IMG/VR virus record: IMGVR_UViG_3300010373_000051
Span: 1 to 59,340 of that record
From: a virus
Taxonomy: Duplodnaviria; Caudoviricetes
Length of the DNA: 59,340 nt
Direction: 5' to 3' (one strand)
The notes beneath the pieces are model-generated. The model was not told the DNA's origin. It saw nothing but the letters and a program-made list of their open reading frames with translations, and made no database searches. A program made the translations under genes and the position numbers. Shown piece by piece: positions 45,750 through 54,371 of the stretch. Each line of letters begins with the position of its first letter. Positions within the stretch are counted from its first letter, which is position 1.

Positions 45750-45950
45750 TTAGCTATCTGATCCCGAGCGTGGCGATCCCCAGTAGAGCTTGGCGTCACA
45801 AACTTCCGATTCGATGTACAACCGGAGCGCGTGTCCATCGTCTGAGTAGCCAACTAGGTTCATCAGAAGCTCAATCTGGCCGCGTTCATACTCTGGGTTG
45901 TCGGAGTTACTATTGGCGTCGGCGATAATTTCGATACCCTGCTTAAGCAT
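45750..45950 (-). CDS. Early hypothetical protein
   Basis: Begins at the repeated start motif. Confidence 0.6.
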   Translation of the reverse strand: MLKQGIEIIADANSNSDNPEYERGQIELLMNLVGYSDDGHALRLYIESEVCDAKLYWGSPRSGSDS

Positions 45951-46190
45951 GTTCGTTTCCTTTGTTTGTTGTGTCTTACAGTGCGCTAATCGGTCGTGAA
46001 CCGGCAGTGTCTTACACGTTAGCGCTAGGGGCTAGGCGAGGGGGTCTCCACAGCGGTGGCACCACGGGGAAGCCCCATTGAGGGTAGCGTGCCCGTTATT
46101 CGCGCAATAGTCAGCGTGCCCTTGAGTGACTGTATTTCCGTTGAAAGCCGCCATTGAAAGTCTGTAATCGTTCATTGTCCCGATCCTTTG

Positions 46191-46325
46191 TTAGAGTGTT
46201 GCGTCAAACACGTATACGTCGCGCTCAGGGTCGTAAGCAATGAGGCTTACGGTAACTCCCCGTGAGATAAACCCGCGCTGTGCCATGACAGCCTCACGCT
46301 CTGTGGTGAATGTGAATTCTTGCAT
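46191..46325 (-). CDS. Early hypothetical protein
   Basis: Begins at the repeated start motif. Confidence 0.6.
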   Translation of the reverse strand: MQEFTFTTEREAVMAQRGFISRGVTVSLIAYDPERDVYVFDATL

Positions 46326-46335
46326 GTTCGTTTCC

Positions 46336-46569
46336 TTAGCTTGAAAAGTCCTGGTAGCCGTTGCGCTCATACCAGTCGTGAGCGTCTGCCAGGGTGTCGC
46401 AGTCCACACCGCTTACAAGTCCCACGGCGCTATGGCACCACTCAATACGGTACCCGGTTGCTGTGCGGTAGGTGTTTGCTTCGTGGCTCGCCTCTTCGTC
46501 GTCCACATGGTCGAATGCCAGCCATACGTCAAGAGATTCACCGATTACGGCAGGGTTGATGCTTTGCAT
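46336..46569 (-). CDS. Early hypothetical protein
   Basis: Begins at the repeated start motif. Confidence 0.6.
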   Translation of the reverse strand: MQSINPAVIGESLDVWLAFDHVDDEEASHEANTYRTATGYRIEWCHSAVGLVSGVDCDTLADAHDWYERNGYQDFSS

Positions 46570-46579
46570 GTTCGTTTCC

Positions 46580-46765
46580 TTAGTTTGTGTGACGTACAAA
46601 AGCGTACTTTTGCCAGCCCAGTGAGGTGTTTTGGTTTGTCCACTCGCCAGCTTCCGCGGGGTCCGTTACGTGTTCTACGAATTGCCAGGGGTGTGAGGTT
46701 GAGATTCGTTCGAACAGGGTCCACTTGACGGTTGGACAGTAGGTGTTTCCTTCTGAGTAGGACAT
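46580..46765 (-). CDS. Early hypothetical protein
   Basis: Begins at a variant of the start motif. Confidence 0.55.
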   Translation of the reverse strand: MSYSEGNTYCPTVKWTLFERISTSHPWQFVEHVTDPAEAGEWTNQNTSLGWQKYAFVRHTN

Positions 46766-47264
46766 GTTGATTCCTTTGCTAGAGTTCGCCCATACTGTCG
46801 GCGGATAGTACGCATTTCTTGCAGGTTGCTTCACGCGGTTCTGATGTGGCGATCCATACGTCTGTTACTTTGCGACCACAGGCGGTCATGTATGGGTCTC
46901 GGCTGTAGTGCCATACGGGGTTGCTCATGTTCGTTTCCTTTGCCGTTCTACGCGAAACAGGTTGTGTCTAGCAATTTGTCACACCCGGTACAGGTCGTGT
47001 CTTCGTGCAGGTGTGGCGGACCCCAGCACGCTATTTCTTCGTATTGGCAAGTTGTGGTCCACAGGTGAGCGCATTCGTTCATTTGACTTTCCTCCGTTTG
47101 TGTGTTAGACGCGACTAGTCTTCGATGGGGTCAACGTCGAATGACGATCCCGGGTAGCATTCGCGCCAGATAGCTAGATAGTACTTGACTTGTGCGGCGG
47201 TTTGTACGCGTTGGACGGCCATTCCGTCTCGCACGATTGTGAACTTGTCCATGTCTTAATCCTT

Positions 47265-47414
47265 TCAGACGCGACTATTTACGCCACATTTGCATGTTTT
47301 GTACGCGAGTGACACGCCGTTGACTTGTGTTTCTCGTGTTTCTGTGAGATAATGACCTGTTTCGGCGCATTTGCGGGGGTAGTTGGCGATGTATTCGGCG
47401 GGGTGCATTGTCAT
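47265..47414 (-). CDS. Early small Cys-containing protein
   Basis: Coupled ORF; CKCG. Confidence 0.5.
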   Translation of the reverse strand: MTMHPAEYIANYPRKCAETGHYLTETRETQVNGVSLAYKTCKCGVNSRV

Positions 47415-47641
47415 TCTTCGATTGCGTATTCTGCAAAGTGTACGCGGCCCGGGGTGTCGCACGGGAGACTGATAATGTTCTCCTCTACGAAAGTGCGGTT
47501 ATCACTGAAATACCACGGCTCTCGGGCTGATAGCTCTGTAGTGATTGCGTCAATGGCCCTTGCGAGACCTAGGCGGGTGTCTGGTGCTTCGGCGTGCCAG
47601 CGCCCATAACCGTCTGCCCAGGTCTTGATTTCGGTGTTCAT
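47411..47641 (-). CDS. Early hypothetical protein
   Basis: TAGGACAC..CATG start motif. Confidence 0.6.
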   Translation of the reverse strand: MNTEIKTWADGYGRWHAEAPDTRLGLARAIDAITTELSAREPWYFSDNRTFVEENIISLPCDTPGRVHFAEYAIEE

Positions 47642-47653
47642 GGTGTGTCCTAA

Positions 47654-47890
47654 CTAGGCGATCTTGCGAGCGTACTTGATCCGACCGGCCCGGGTGAGTT
47701 CGTAAGTGTGGAACTCGTCCCGGTATTCGGGGTTCGTGCAAGCGTAGGCGAACATTACGTTCGATGACGTGCGCAGTGTCAGGGTGTCTCCGCATCGGGT
47801 TTCCAGTGTTACGTCATATGCGGGGTTCCCGTAGTAACTGGTGCCTGCGTGGCGGGTGTTGATGACTTTAGCTGTGAGTGTGTTTGACAT
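47654..47890 (-). CDS. Early hypothetical protein
   Basis: SYYGNP motif; TAGGACAC start motif. Confidence 0.65.
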   Translation of the reverse strand: MSNTLTAKVINTRHAGTSYYGNPAYDVTLETRCGDTLTLRTSSNVMFAYACTNPEYRDEFHTYELTRAGRIKYARKIA

Positions 47891-47909
47891 GATGCGTGTC
47901 CTATCTGTG

Positions 47910-48104
47910 TTATGCGAAGTGTGATTCGGAGAGCACGTTACCCTGCTCGTCTGATAGCTGGACCGTGACCCCCTGCTCGTAGTGTGGCGGGGTGGAGTAC
48001 CTAGCGACCATCAGGTCATACTCAGACCATGCCTCATGCACTGAGTCAATCGTGCGATCATCCTCTACTAGGATGCCCTCATATAGTGCCCGTAGTGTGA
48101 ACAT
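47910..48104 (-). CDS. First early hypothetical protein
   Basis: TAGGACAC start motif. Confidence 0.6.
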   Translation of the reverse strand: MFTLRALYEGILVEDDRTIDSVHEAWSEYDLMVARYSTPPHYEQGVTVQLSDEQGNVLSESHFA

Positions 48105-48413
48105 GATGTGTCCTATCCGTGTAGTGGTGTATGTGTCGTGCCCCTAACGCCGTGTGAAGGCTACCCGTACCGTGTACGCGGTGTGCCCCGCAGAGGGGCC
48201 GATAAGGGCTGTGGTGTGCGTGTCCAGTGCTAGGGCCGTATCCCGCGCCGTTCGCTACGGCAACCCCCCATAGGGGCGCTAGTAGTGTGGGCTTGCGTGG
48301 CCGGTGCCTAGGTGGATCGGTGCATACCGTGTGCTGTGCTCTATGTAGTTGTGAAGGGCCATGTGCTAGGGAGTGGAGGGCTCTCACCCTGTCCTCCCTG
48401 CCTGCTAAGAACA

Positions 48414-48442
48414 ACAATACGCAATGCCATTACAGATCACAA
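48414..48442 (-). promoter_or_regulatory. Leftward early promoter TTGTGA-N17-TATTGT
   Basis: 17-nt spacer; points into the early genes. Confidence 0.55.
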
Positions 48443-48511
48443 ACGCGTGTGAATCCCGGGCGTGTCGCCATGTGCTGTATAGCAGGGCGTTCTATTGCGT
48501 TGTGTATATGA

Positions 48512-48606
48512 GGGGGCAGGGCAGGGGCCATTACGGGGATTACATCAGGGGTAGGGGTAGGGGTGGGGGTAGGCAGGTGCACAGCGCACGGGGGTGGGTG
48601 CGGGGG
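48512..48606 (+). repeat. G-run cluster including (GGGGTA)n
   Basis: GGGGTAGGGGTAGGGGTGGGGG at 48548-48569 plus flanking G-runs. Confidence 0.7.
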
Positions 48607-48876
48607 CGAGAGCAGAGAGCGAAGAGGCAAAAGCGGCAAAGGCGTGAAAGTCATGCGAGTGGGTGGCAAAGGTTGCATTTTTGTGCTAGGGAATCGCGCT
48701 ACGGGCCAGGGGGCGGCACCACACCCAGAATTTCCCCCGAAAAGTTTTGGAGTACAACCTGGAACACAAACCTTGACTACCGACAACGGAAGTGTGAGAT
48801 CAGTGGCGTAGAAATATTTTTCGTGTTAGGCTATAGGCTGTAGGGGCAATTGCCCTGACATAAAGGAGGAGGAAAC

Positions 48877-49059
48877 GTGGCAAAGCGAGAAAAACCAGCA
48901 CCCAAGAAGTATTTTGACGTGGGCCTTTACTACGAAGGTAGGAGGACAGAAACAGTTACGTTCCGAAGGAGCTGGCAGCAGCTTTTGTTCCACGTACTGC
49001 TGAACGGCAGCACTTCCCACACGGGAACTATAGAGGGGTACCGAGAGGGGTTTAAGTGA
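48877..49059 (+). CDS. Hypothetical protein
   Basis: Strong AAGGAGGAGG RBS. Confidence 0.6.
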   Translation: MAKREKPAPKKYFDVGLYYEGRRTETVTFRRSWQQLLFHVLLNGSTSHTGTIEGYREGFK

Positions 49060-49319
49060 GCAGTTTTTGGATCGGGTTCGCCACGTTCCCAGTAGTGGCA
49101 GTAGTGGCAGTAGTCGTGACGGTTGTGTGGGTCTGGGTCGGGCACTTCCTCTCAAGAGATATGAGCATGAAGTGCCGTGTGTGGGAGTGCGACTTCTCCT
49201 ACGAGATCGGAGAGAAGCGTTGGATCACACTGTGGTTACTCTGGAAGTGGCATAGGATCACTACCCGGAACGAGAAGCTACACGTAGAGCATTTTGAAAA
49301 GCGTAAGGGGAGCAAGTGA
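49056..49319 (+). CDS. Membrane protein
   Basis: N-terminal hydrophobic helix; coupled ORF. Confidence 0.6.
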   Translation: MSSFWIGFATFPVVAVVAVVVTVVWVWVGHFLSRDMSMKCRVWECDFSYEIGEKRWITLWLLWKWHRITTRNEKLHVEHFEKRKGSK

Positions 49320-49498
49320 GACCCCCTTGGAGAGATATGCTTATGATCGTCGCCTTTGCCTCGTCAGTAAGAATCTACGCTCATGACACCTCTGAGTGGC
49401 CGCTCGGGGAGAAGTTGGTACTCTATATGATCGGAGCAGCTTGCGTGTATACGTTTTGTAGGACTATTCCGAAACCTGAACGTCGCAAGGACGAGTAG
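49316..49498 (+). CDS. Small membrane protein
   Basis: Two hydrophobic segments. Confidence 0.55.
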   Translation: MRPPWRDMLMIVAFASSVRIYAHDTSEWPLGEKLVLYMIGAACVYTFCRTIPKPERRKDE

Positions 49499-49514
49499 TG
49501 TGCTAGACTTAAAC

Positions 49515-49612
49515 CTGTAGTCCCCGGACCCGGCCTCCCCCGACTTGAGCGGTGAAGACCCCGGGGTTAAAGCCCCGTTCTTCAGTTTAGGCTGGCGAGC
49601 GGGGCTTCTTTT
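49515..49612 (+). ncRNA. Candidate small RNA A
   Basis: Promoter TGCTAGACT at 49501, CCCCGG/CCGGGG stem, terminator 49570-49612, no ORF. Confidence 0.5.
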
Positions 49613-49667
49613 GTGTTACACTGATACATACAGCCTAGCCGCGAGATGCGGAGAATAGGAGGGCGCG

Positions 49668-49883
49668 ATGCCTTCAGAAAAGTTTTACCCCCCTTACGAG
49701 GACGCCGTTGAGCATCTTGATATTCAGTGGCACCAGAGTTACCCAGAGGTTTTCGCTACGATGGTACATGATCGAGATGGAACACCTCACGCAGTAGGGA
49801 TTCCCCTCGACCGTTCCGCGATCAACCGTATGATCCGGACGCTGAGGAAAGCTCGCGATCAGACATACGGTTCTGACGAGTAG
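49668..49883 (+). CDS. Conserved actinophage hypothetical protein
   Basis: LDRSAINRMIRTLRKARDQTYGSDE motif; AGGAGG RBS. Confidence 0.7.
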   Translation: MPSEKFYPPYEDAVEHLDIQWHQSYPEVFATMVHDRDGTPHAVGIPLDRSAINRMIRTLRKARDQTYGSDE

Positions 49884-49899
49884 TGTGATACACTAGACG

Positions 49900-49975
49900 C
49901 ACCACACCGAGTCTCGAAAACGATATTCGGCCTGAACCCCTTCTGGCATACCCGCCTGGAGGGGTTCGTCGTTTC
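49900..49975 (+). ncRNA. Candidate small RNA B
   Basis: Promoter TGATACACT at 49886, hairpin, terminator 49934-49975. Confidence 0.45.
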
Positions 49976-50024
49976 TGGTAGACTGGATTAAGCCCGTTTC
50001 CCACTGCTCCGGAGTCCTAAGTAC

Positions 50025-50429
50025 GTGAATGATATGAACCCTTACCCACAAGCTTCTGAAGTGGCAGACTCCCATCTCTCAAGCGCGATATCTTCGCTAG
50101 ATGCGACCACGCGCGAAGGCTTCCGGGACGTAAAGAACCAGATGCTGGGTATGGCGACAAAGGACGCGGTGGAGGCCCAGGTAGCACGTCTTGACCTCCG
50201 GGTAGACCACGCCAACGAGAAGATGGACACCGCTTTCAGTAAGGTGGAGAAGGAGATGGCGGCTGGGTTCGCAGAGTTGCGGGCCAGAGACGCACAGCGG
50301 GACCAGGAGTTCAAGGATCGAGAGGATGTTCGGGACCAGAAGTACTCTCGCCGGGTCGGGTGGACGATTACGGCGGTCGGTGTCGGGGTTTCAGTGGTAA
50401 CGTTTATCGCCAACAATCTCCCCGTATAA
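50025..50429 (+). CDS. Coiled-coil protein with C-terminal membrane anchor
   Basis: Heptad-rich; hydrophobic C-terminus. Confidence 0.65.
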   Translation: MNDMNPYPQASEVADSHLSSAISSLDATTREGFRDVKNQMLGMATKDAVEAQVARLDLRVDHANEKMDTAFSKVEKEMAAGFAELRARDAQRDQEFKDREDVRDQKYSRRVGWTITAVGVGVSVVTFIANNLPV

Positions 50430-50434
50430 ATTGC

Positions 50435-50463
50435 TTGACTTACCCCTCCTCGGTGAGTAGACT
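50435..50463 (+). promoter_or_regulatory. SigA-like promoter TTGACT-N17-TAGACT
   Basis: Near-consensus hexamers with a 17-nt spacer. Confidence 0.7.
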
Positions 50464-50499
50464 CATATAAGAGTTGTTCACGGAGAGAGGGGTTTTTGT

Positions 50500-50721
50500 A
50501 TGTCGAATCAGGTAGTGTTTAAGGTAGACGGTCTTCCAGATCACCGGGTGTATAACAAGAGGGACGTAGCGTTTAGTCTGGTCGGTCTACGAGACTACCT
50601 GAACCGGGTTACGATTCGGGAAGGGTACTTTGAGGGTGAGTATGGAGATGAGGTTTTGATCCCCGCTTCTCAGCTCCTTTGGTATACTGCGGATTCTCGC
50701 CTGGAGGTGGTGTCTGAATGA
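50500..50721 (+). CDS. Hypothetical protein
   Basis: Follows the promoter and an RBS. Confidence 0.6.
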   Translation: MSNQVVFKVDGLPDHRVYNKRDVAFSLVGLRDYLNRVTIREGYFEGEYGDEVLIPASQLLWYTADSRLEVVSE

Positions 50722-50996
50722 GCTATGAGTTGCAGGACATTCCACAGCCAAATCGCACCAGTAAGCGCAGGTACCGAAGGTTTTGGGTGAACGGCAATAA
50801 CCCGACCGATTACGGGGGCGCGCTTATACGGCCCGGAGTTTTTACCGGGACGCTGTTCATTGATGAGGTTTCCGGACTCGTAACTGCTGATATAGGTAAG
50901 TTCGAGGCGTGGGCTTCCTGCGTCGAGAAGGTGCCACCCTCGCACATCCCGGACCTAGGCTGCTATTTGGAAAATTGTGCTTGCGGTGACCATTGA
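50718..50996 (+). CDS. Hypothetical protein
   Basis: Coupled ORF. Confidence 0.55.
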   Translation: MSYELQDIPQPNRTSKRRYRRFWVNGNNPTDYGGALIRPGVFTGTLFIDEVSGLVTADIGKFEAWASCVEKVPPSHIPDLGCYLENCACGDH

Positions 50997-51021
50997 ACGA
51001 CAGAAACAGGAGAGTGTAACT

Positions 51022-51444
51022 ATGAGAGAGTTCAAAGTAGGGGACCGGGTTCGTCTTACAGGTCACAGTTGGCCCGTGAAGAGACTCTTGGGTAAACCGG
51101 CGTTAGGTGACGTGGTGATCTTGACACGTATCACAGATACCGGAATACCGTTATTTACCCGCAACCACGTACCATACTGCATTGCCCCTGCGGACGGATA
51201 CGGAGCAGAATATGTGGATCCCTACGACGTAACGCCCACTCCCGGCAAGGATGAAGTCAACCCGAGTCACTATGGCTTCCCGGGGGGAGTCCAGGTAATT
51301 GATATCACGAAACATCTTGACTTCCTCGCAGGTAACGTTGTAAAGTATGTTTGTAGGGCGGGGCTCAAGGGGGACAAGCTCACTGACCTCCGTAAGGCGA
51401 AGCAGTACCTGGAGTGGCTTATCGAGAAGGAAGAGGGCAAGTAG
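51022..51444 (+). CDS. DUF3310 (SaV-like) domain protein
   Basis: VNPSHY...GNVVKYVCRAGLK..DLRKAKQYL. Confidence 0.85.
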   Translation: MREFKVGDRVRLTGHSWPVKRLLGKPALGDVVILTRITDTGIPLFTRNHVPYCIAPADGYGAEYVDPYDVTPTPGKDEVNPSHYGFPGGVQVIDITKHLDFLAGNVVKYVCRAGLKGDKLTDLRKAKQYLEWLIEKEEGK

Positions 51445-51645
51445 TTGCAGTGGAAGATTGAGAAGCTGAGCAACCGCCGTTTGGAGGCGGATATTGCCGC
51501 GTACAACTACGAGCTGTTCGTGCGGGGTCAAGAAGGCGCAAACCGCATCTTGGACCTGCTGTGGGAAGAGTTTGACAGGCGAGTAGAGAACGGTACTATG
51601 ACCGAGGACACAGAGGGGCTGTTGAATGACACTCGAAAGTACTGA
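51445..51645 (+). CDS. Hypothetical protein
   Basis: Packed ORF. Confidence 0.55.
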   Translation: MQWKIEKLSNRRLEADIAAYNYELFVRGQEGANRILDLLWEEFDRRVENGTMTEDTEGLLNDTRKY

Positions 51646-51814
51646 TCTGCATCCTAGTCATAAGTGGAAACCGGAGTCAGAGGATACCCGTATTTACCTG
51701 TTCTGCTATGAATGCTATGCTTGCTCCTGCTGTATTGGGTACGGGGCGACAGGGAACTGTATTGGGGCCGAATGGATTGAGAAGGAGGTGCTGAATGACA
51801 CGCGAAAGTATTGA
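51626..51814 (+). CDS. Cys-rich small protein flanked by direct repeats
   Basis: HKW...CYEC.ACSCC...C. Confidence 0.5.
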   Translation: MTLESTDLHPSHKWKPESEDTRIYLFCYECYACSCCIGYGATGNCIGAEWIEKEVLNDTRKY

Positions 51815-52061
51815 TTGGCCGGAACTCCCGGAAGGGTACTTCTTCCGAGTGAAAACCGGTGTCCGAGGACAGTACCCGTGGGTTGAACTCCGAAATAAGT
51901 CTTGGATCGGGTCTTACAAAATCGGAGCTGCGTGCCATGCTCCCCGAACTAGTACCGACGTTGTAGATGAGATTGAGTGGTTGGCACGCAAGTTAGTGCG
52001 GCAGGACCTTGCCAAGCACCTGCGGAATAAGGATCAGTACTGGGTAGGGGATAGTAAGTGA
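51795..52061 (+). CDS. PELPEGYFFRV family protein
   Basis: Paralog of 39471..39824; AAGGAGG RBS. Confidence 0.65.
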   Translation: MTRESIDWPELPEGYFFRVKTGVRGQYPWVELRNKSWIGSYKIGAACHAPRTSTDVVDEIEWLARKLVRQDLAKHLRNKDQYWVGDSK

Positions 52062-52831
52062 CCAAGATCAATACCGATCTCAAAATCCTGCTGCTCGACA
52101 TCGAGTGCAGCATGGCAAAGTTCTACGGGTACGGTCTGTTCGACCAGAATATCCCGATCAGCCACATCATCGAACACCCGAGAATGATCGCCTTCACGGC
52201 AAAGTGGTACGGCAAGAAGAAAATGTACGCCTTCTCGGAGTACCACCAGTCCCGGGAGGAGATGCTGGCTGAGCTGCACACCCTGCTTGACGAAGCAGAC
52301 GTGGTTATTGGCTACAACTCGAAGAACTTTGATATCAAGTGGATCAATTCTGAGTTCGCTGTTGAGGGGATGACCCCGCCCTCTCCGTACAAGCAAATCG
52401 ACATCATGCAGGAGGCGAAACGGAACTTCCGGTTCATCTCTCGCAAGCTGGACTACCTCGCAGATCGAATCTTGAACGACAAGAAGCTTGACTATTCGAT
52501 GGCGAAGATGTGGGTCATCGTGGATAATCCTGATACGGATGAGCCAACTCGGAAGAGGGAGTGGGACGCCATGATGAAGTACGCGAAGAAGGATACGGCA
52601 CTCCTGGAGCCGCTTCTGGAGGCTCTACTGCCGTGGATCAAGATGCCTCACCCGGCCCGCAGTAACACAGATGTAACCTGCTGTATCGCTTGTGGCTCCG
52701 AGAGCCTTCAGTCTAGGGGACGAGCCCTAACTCTCTCTGGGTCCTACGCAAGACTGCAATGTAATAACTGCGGCAAGTGGCAGCGAGGGAAGAACCGCGA
52801 GGATCACGGGAAGACGAGGGAGATTTCATGA
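52058..52831 (+). CDS. RNase H-fold DEDD exonuclease with C-terminal zinc ribbon
   Basis: LDIE, GYNSKNFD, KLDYLA, YAKKD; CxxC...CxxC. Confidence 0.85.
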   Translation: MTKINTDLKILLLDIECSMAKFYGYGLFDQNIPISHIIEHPRMIAFTAKWYGKKKMYAFSEYHQSREEMLAELHTLLDEADVVIGYNSKNFDIKWINSEFAVEGMTPPSPYKQIDIMQEAKRNFRFISRKLDYLADRILNDKKLDYSMAKMWVIVDNPDTDEPTRKREWDAMMKYAKKDTALLEPLLEALLPWIKMPHPARSNTDVTCCIACGSESLQSRGRALTLSGSYARLQCNNCGKWQRGKNREDHGKTREIS

Positions 52832-53163
52832 CTGTAGTAGGGGCGTACATCGAACTGAAGCCGTGGGAGACAGCCCCACTGAACCATCAGAGCCTGTGGG
52901 CCGAGGGGGAGGTCCACGAAAAGACTGACGAGGGTATTGACGTAACGTGGTGGGACGAGTTCCCCCCTGGGGCGCAGGTTTATGTAGAGTGGAATCCAAG
53001 AGTATACGCAATATGGGAGGAAGAAGATGTCGAACATGGAACTGAAACTGAGCCAGCAGGACAAGACGATCCTGAGGAACCTGACGAAGGCTCTGGATCA
53101 AGTGGCGAAGGAGCTGGGGAAGAATCAGTGGCACGCCCCGAAGAGCCCGACTCGTCTGAGTGA
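52828..53163 (+). CDS. Acidic hypothetical protein
   Basis: ATGA coupling. Confidence 0.5.
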   Translation: MTVVGAYIELKPWETAPLNHQSLWAEGEVHEKTDEGIDVTWWDEFPPGAQVYVEWNPRVYAIWEEEDVEHGTETEPAGQDDPEEPDEGSGSSGEGAGEESVARPEEPDSSE

Positions 53164-53202
53164 GCCCGCGGAGGAAGAGACTGAAGTGTGATACACTGTT
53201 AA

Positions 53203-53270
53203 GTGGCTACTCTCTGGCCTCCTTCTGTTAGCAGATTGCCCCGTTTCTCTTCGGAGAGGCGGGGCTTTTT
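53203..53270 (+). ncRNA. Candidate small RNA C
   Basis: Promoter TGATACACT at 53189, CCTCCTT segment, terminator 53238-53270. Confidence 0.5.
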
Positions 53271-53310
53271 GCGTCTGGTAAACTTGGTAAGTGATGAAGG
53301 AGCTGATGAA

Positions 53311-54012
53311 GTGAAGCAACTTGTAACACCCTGGTACGGGGGAAAGGCGGGTGCAGGAGCCTGCCTGTATATGGCGCAGCTTGTTGTAGGTGCAGGTGGA
53401 GGCCCGTACTCCGCCACAGTCGCCGCAAACGCAACGCAGTATCGGCACCACGACCGTAACTTCCCGAACGACTCCATCTCCGTCCTATGGTTCGACCACT
53501 GGGGCACCTACGAGGATTACCGAAACGGAGAGTTACGGTACGAGAACTGGGGCCACGTTGTAATCCGGGACCCGCACGCGTTCGGCACTAACCAACCCGG
53601 GTACTTCTCATCGCGCCGCAACGGATACGGTGAAGGGGAGTGGTTCCGGAGCGTAGGGGAAGTGGAAGCTTCCTTTAACTCAACCTACCGGTTCTGGTCA
53701 GAAGACTTGAACGGAGTACGGGTATGTGAGCCGGATGGAACTACGACTGGCACAAATGATACGCCCGAAAGCGGCGAGGAAGAAGACGAAGAAATGGCGA
53801 ATCAGTATATCGCGAAGGTGCAGAACAAGAAGCAGATCAACGCAGTGTTCAACACTGTGTCAGGTTTCTTTCACGAGTTTGAATCCTCGAACGGTAGCTA
53901 CAACACGAACATCGCACGAACCTTCGGAGTGAAAGACCCAACTTCGATTGTCTCAGCATCTCACTACGACGCAGTTAAGCGCGATTGCGCAGCGGTAAGG
54001 ACGGGAAAGTAA
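53311..54012 (+). CDS. Endolysin (Cys/His peptidase, CHAP/NlpC-like)
   Basis: GACL...WGHV; acidic linker; precedes holin. Confidence 0.7.
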   Translation: MKQLVTPWYGGKAGAGACLYMAQLVVGAGGGPYSATVAANATQYRHHDRNFPNDSISVLWFDHWGTYEDYRNGELRYENWGHVVIRDPHAFGTNQPGYFSSRRNGYGEGEWFRSVGEVEASFNSTYRFWSEDLNGVRVCEPDGTTTGTNDTPESGEEEDEEMANQYIAKVQNKKQINAVFNTVSGFFHEFESSNGSYNTNIARTFGVKDPTSIVSASHYDAVKRDCAAVRTGK

Positions 54013-54013
54013 T

Positions 54014-54262
54014 ATGAAGTACACCATCCAAGAGCTTACACGGTTCATCGGATACGTAGCAGGTGTCGCAGTGGGCTTAGCATTCGTCGCCTACGGGCTT
54101 GTAACGGCGGACCTCGCAACCGCCCTGGCGGGGGCTTCAACACTTGGAGTGGGTATCGTAGCCGCACCTAACGTATCTAAGACCGCAATCCAGGAGGTCC
54201 CGGAAGAGTTTGAGGTGGCATCAGCCCTCCCTGTTGAGCCTCTTGCAAAGCACGCCGAATAG
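54014..54262 (+). CDS. Holin
   Basis: Two hydrophobic segments; directly after endolysin. Confidence 0.7.
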   Translation: MKYTIQELTRFIGYVAGVAVGLAFVAYGLVTADLATALAGASTLGVGIVAAPNVSKTAIQEVPEEFEVASALPVEPLAKHAE

Positions 54263-54274
54263 GTGTAACATCTA

Positions 54275-54350
54275 AGTGAAGGCCCGGATATCGGGTTTCA
54301 GCTCCTGAGAGCCCCGCTAACTTGCTTCGGCAGGGAGGCGGGGCTTTCTT
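54275..54350 (+). ncRNA. Candidate small RNA D / terminator
   Basis: TAACAT -10-like element, two hairpins, terminator 54310-54350. Confidence 0.4.
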
Positions 54351-54371
54351 GTGCGGTAGAATGGATACACT

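Larger units (their letters stand above)
45738..46940 (-). repeat. Repeated start-associated sequence AAGGAAACGAACATG
   Basis: Exact copies at 45948, 46323, 46567 and 46926; variants at 45738 and 46763. Confidence 0.8.

Noticed and set aside
45738-46940. CRISPR-like array
   Set aside because: The 15-bp repeats are irregularly spaced and coincide with RBS and start codons.
48079-48843. ORFs in the divergent region
   Set aside because: Low-complexity translations of G-rich DNA with no RBS.
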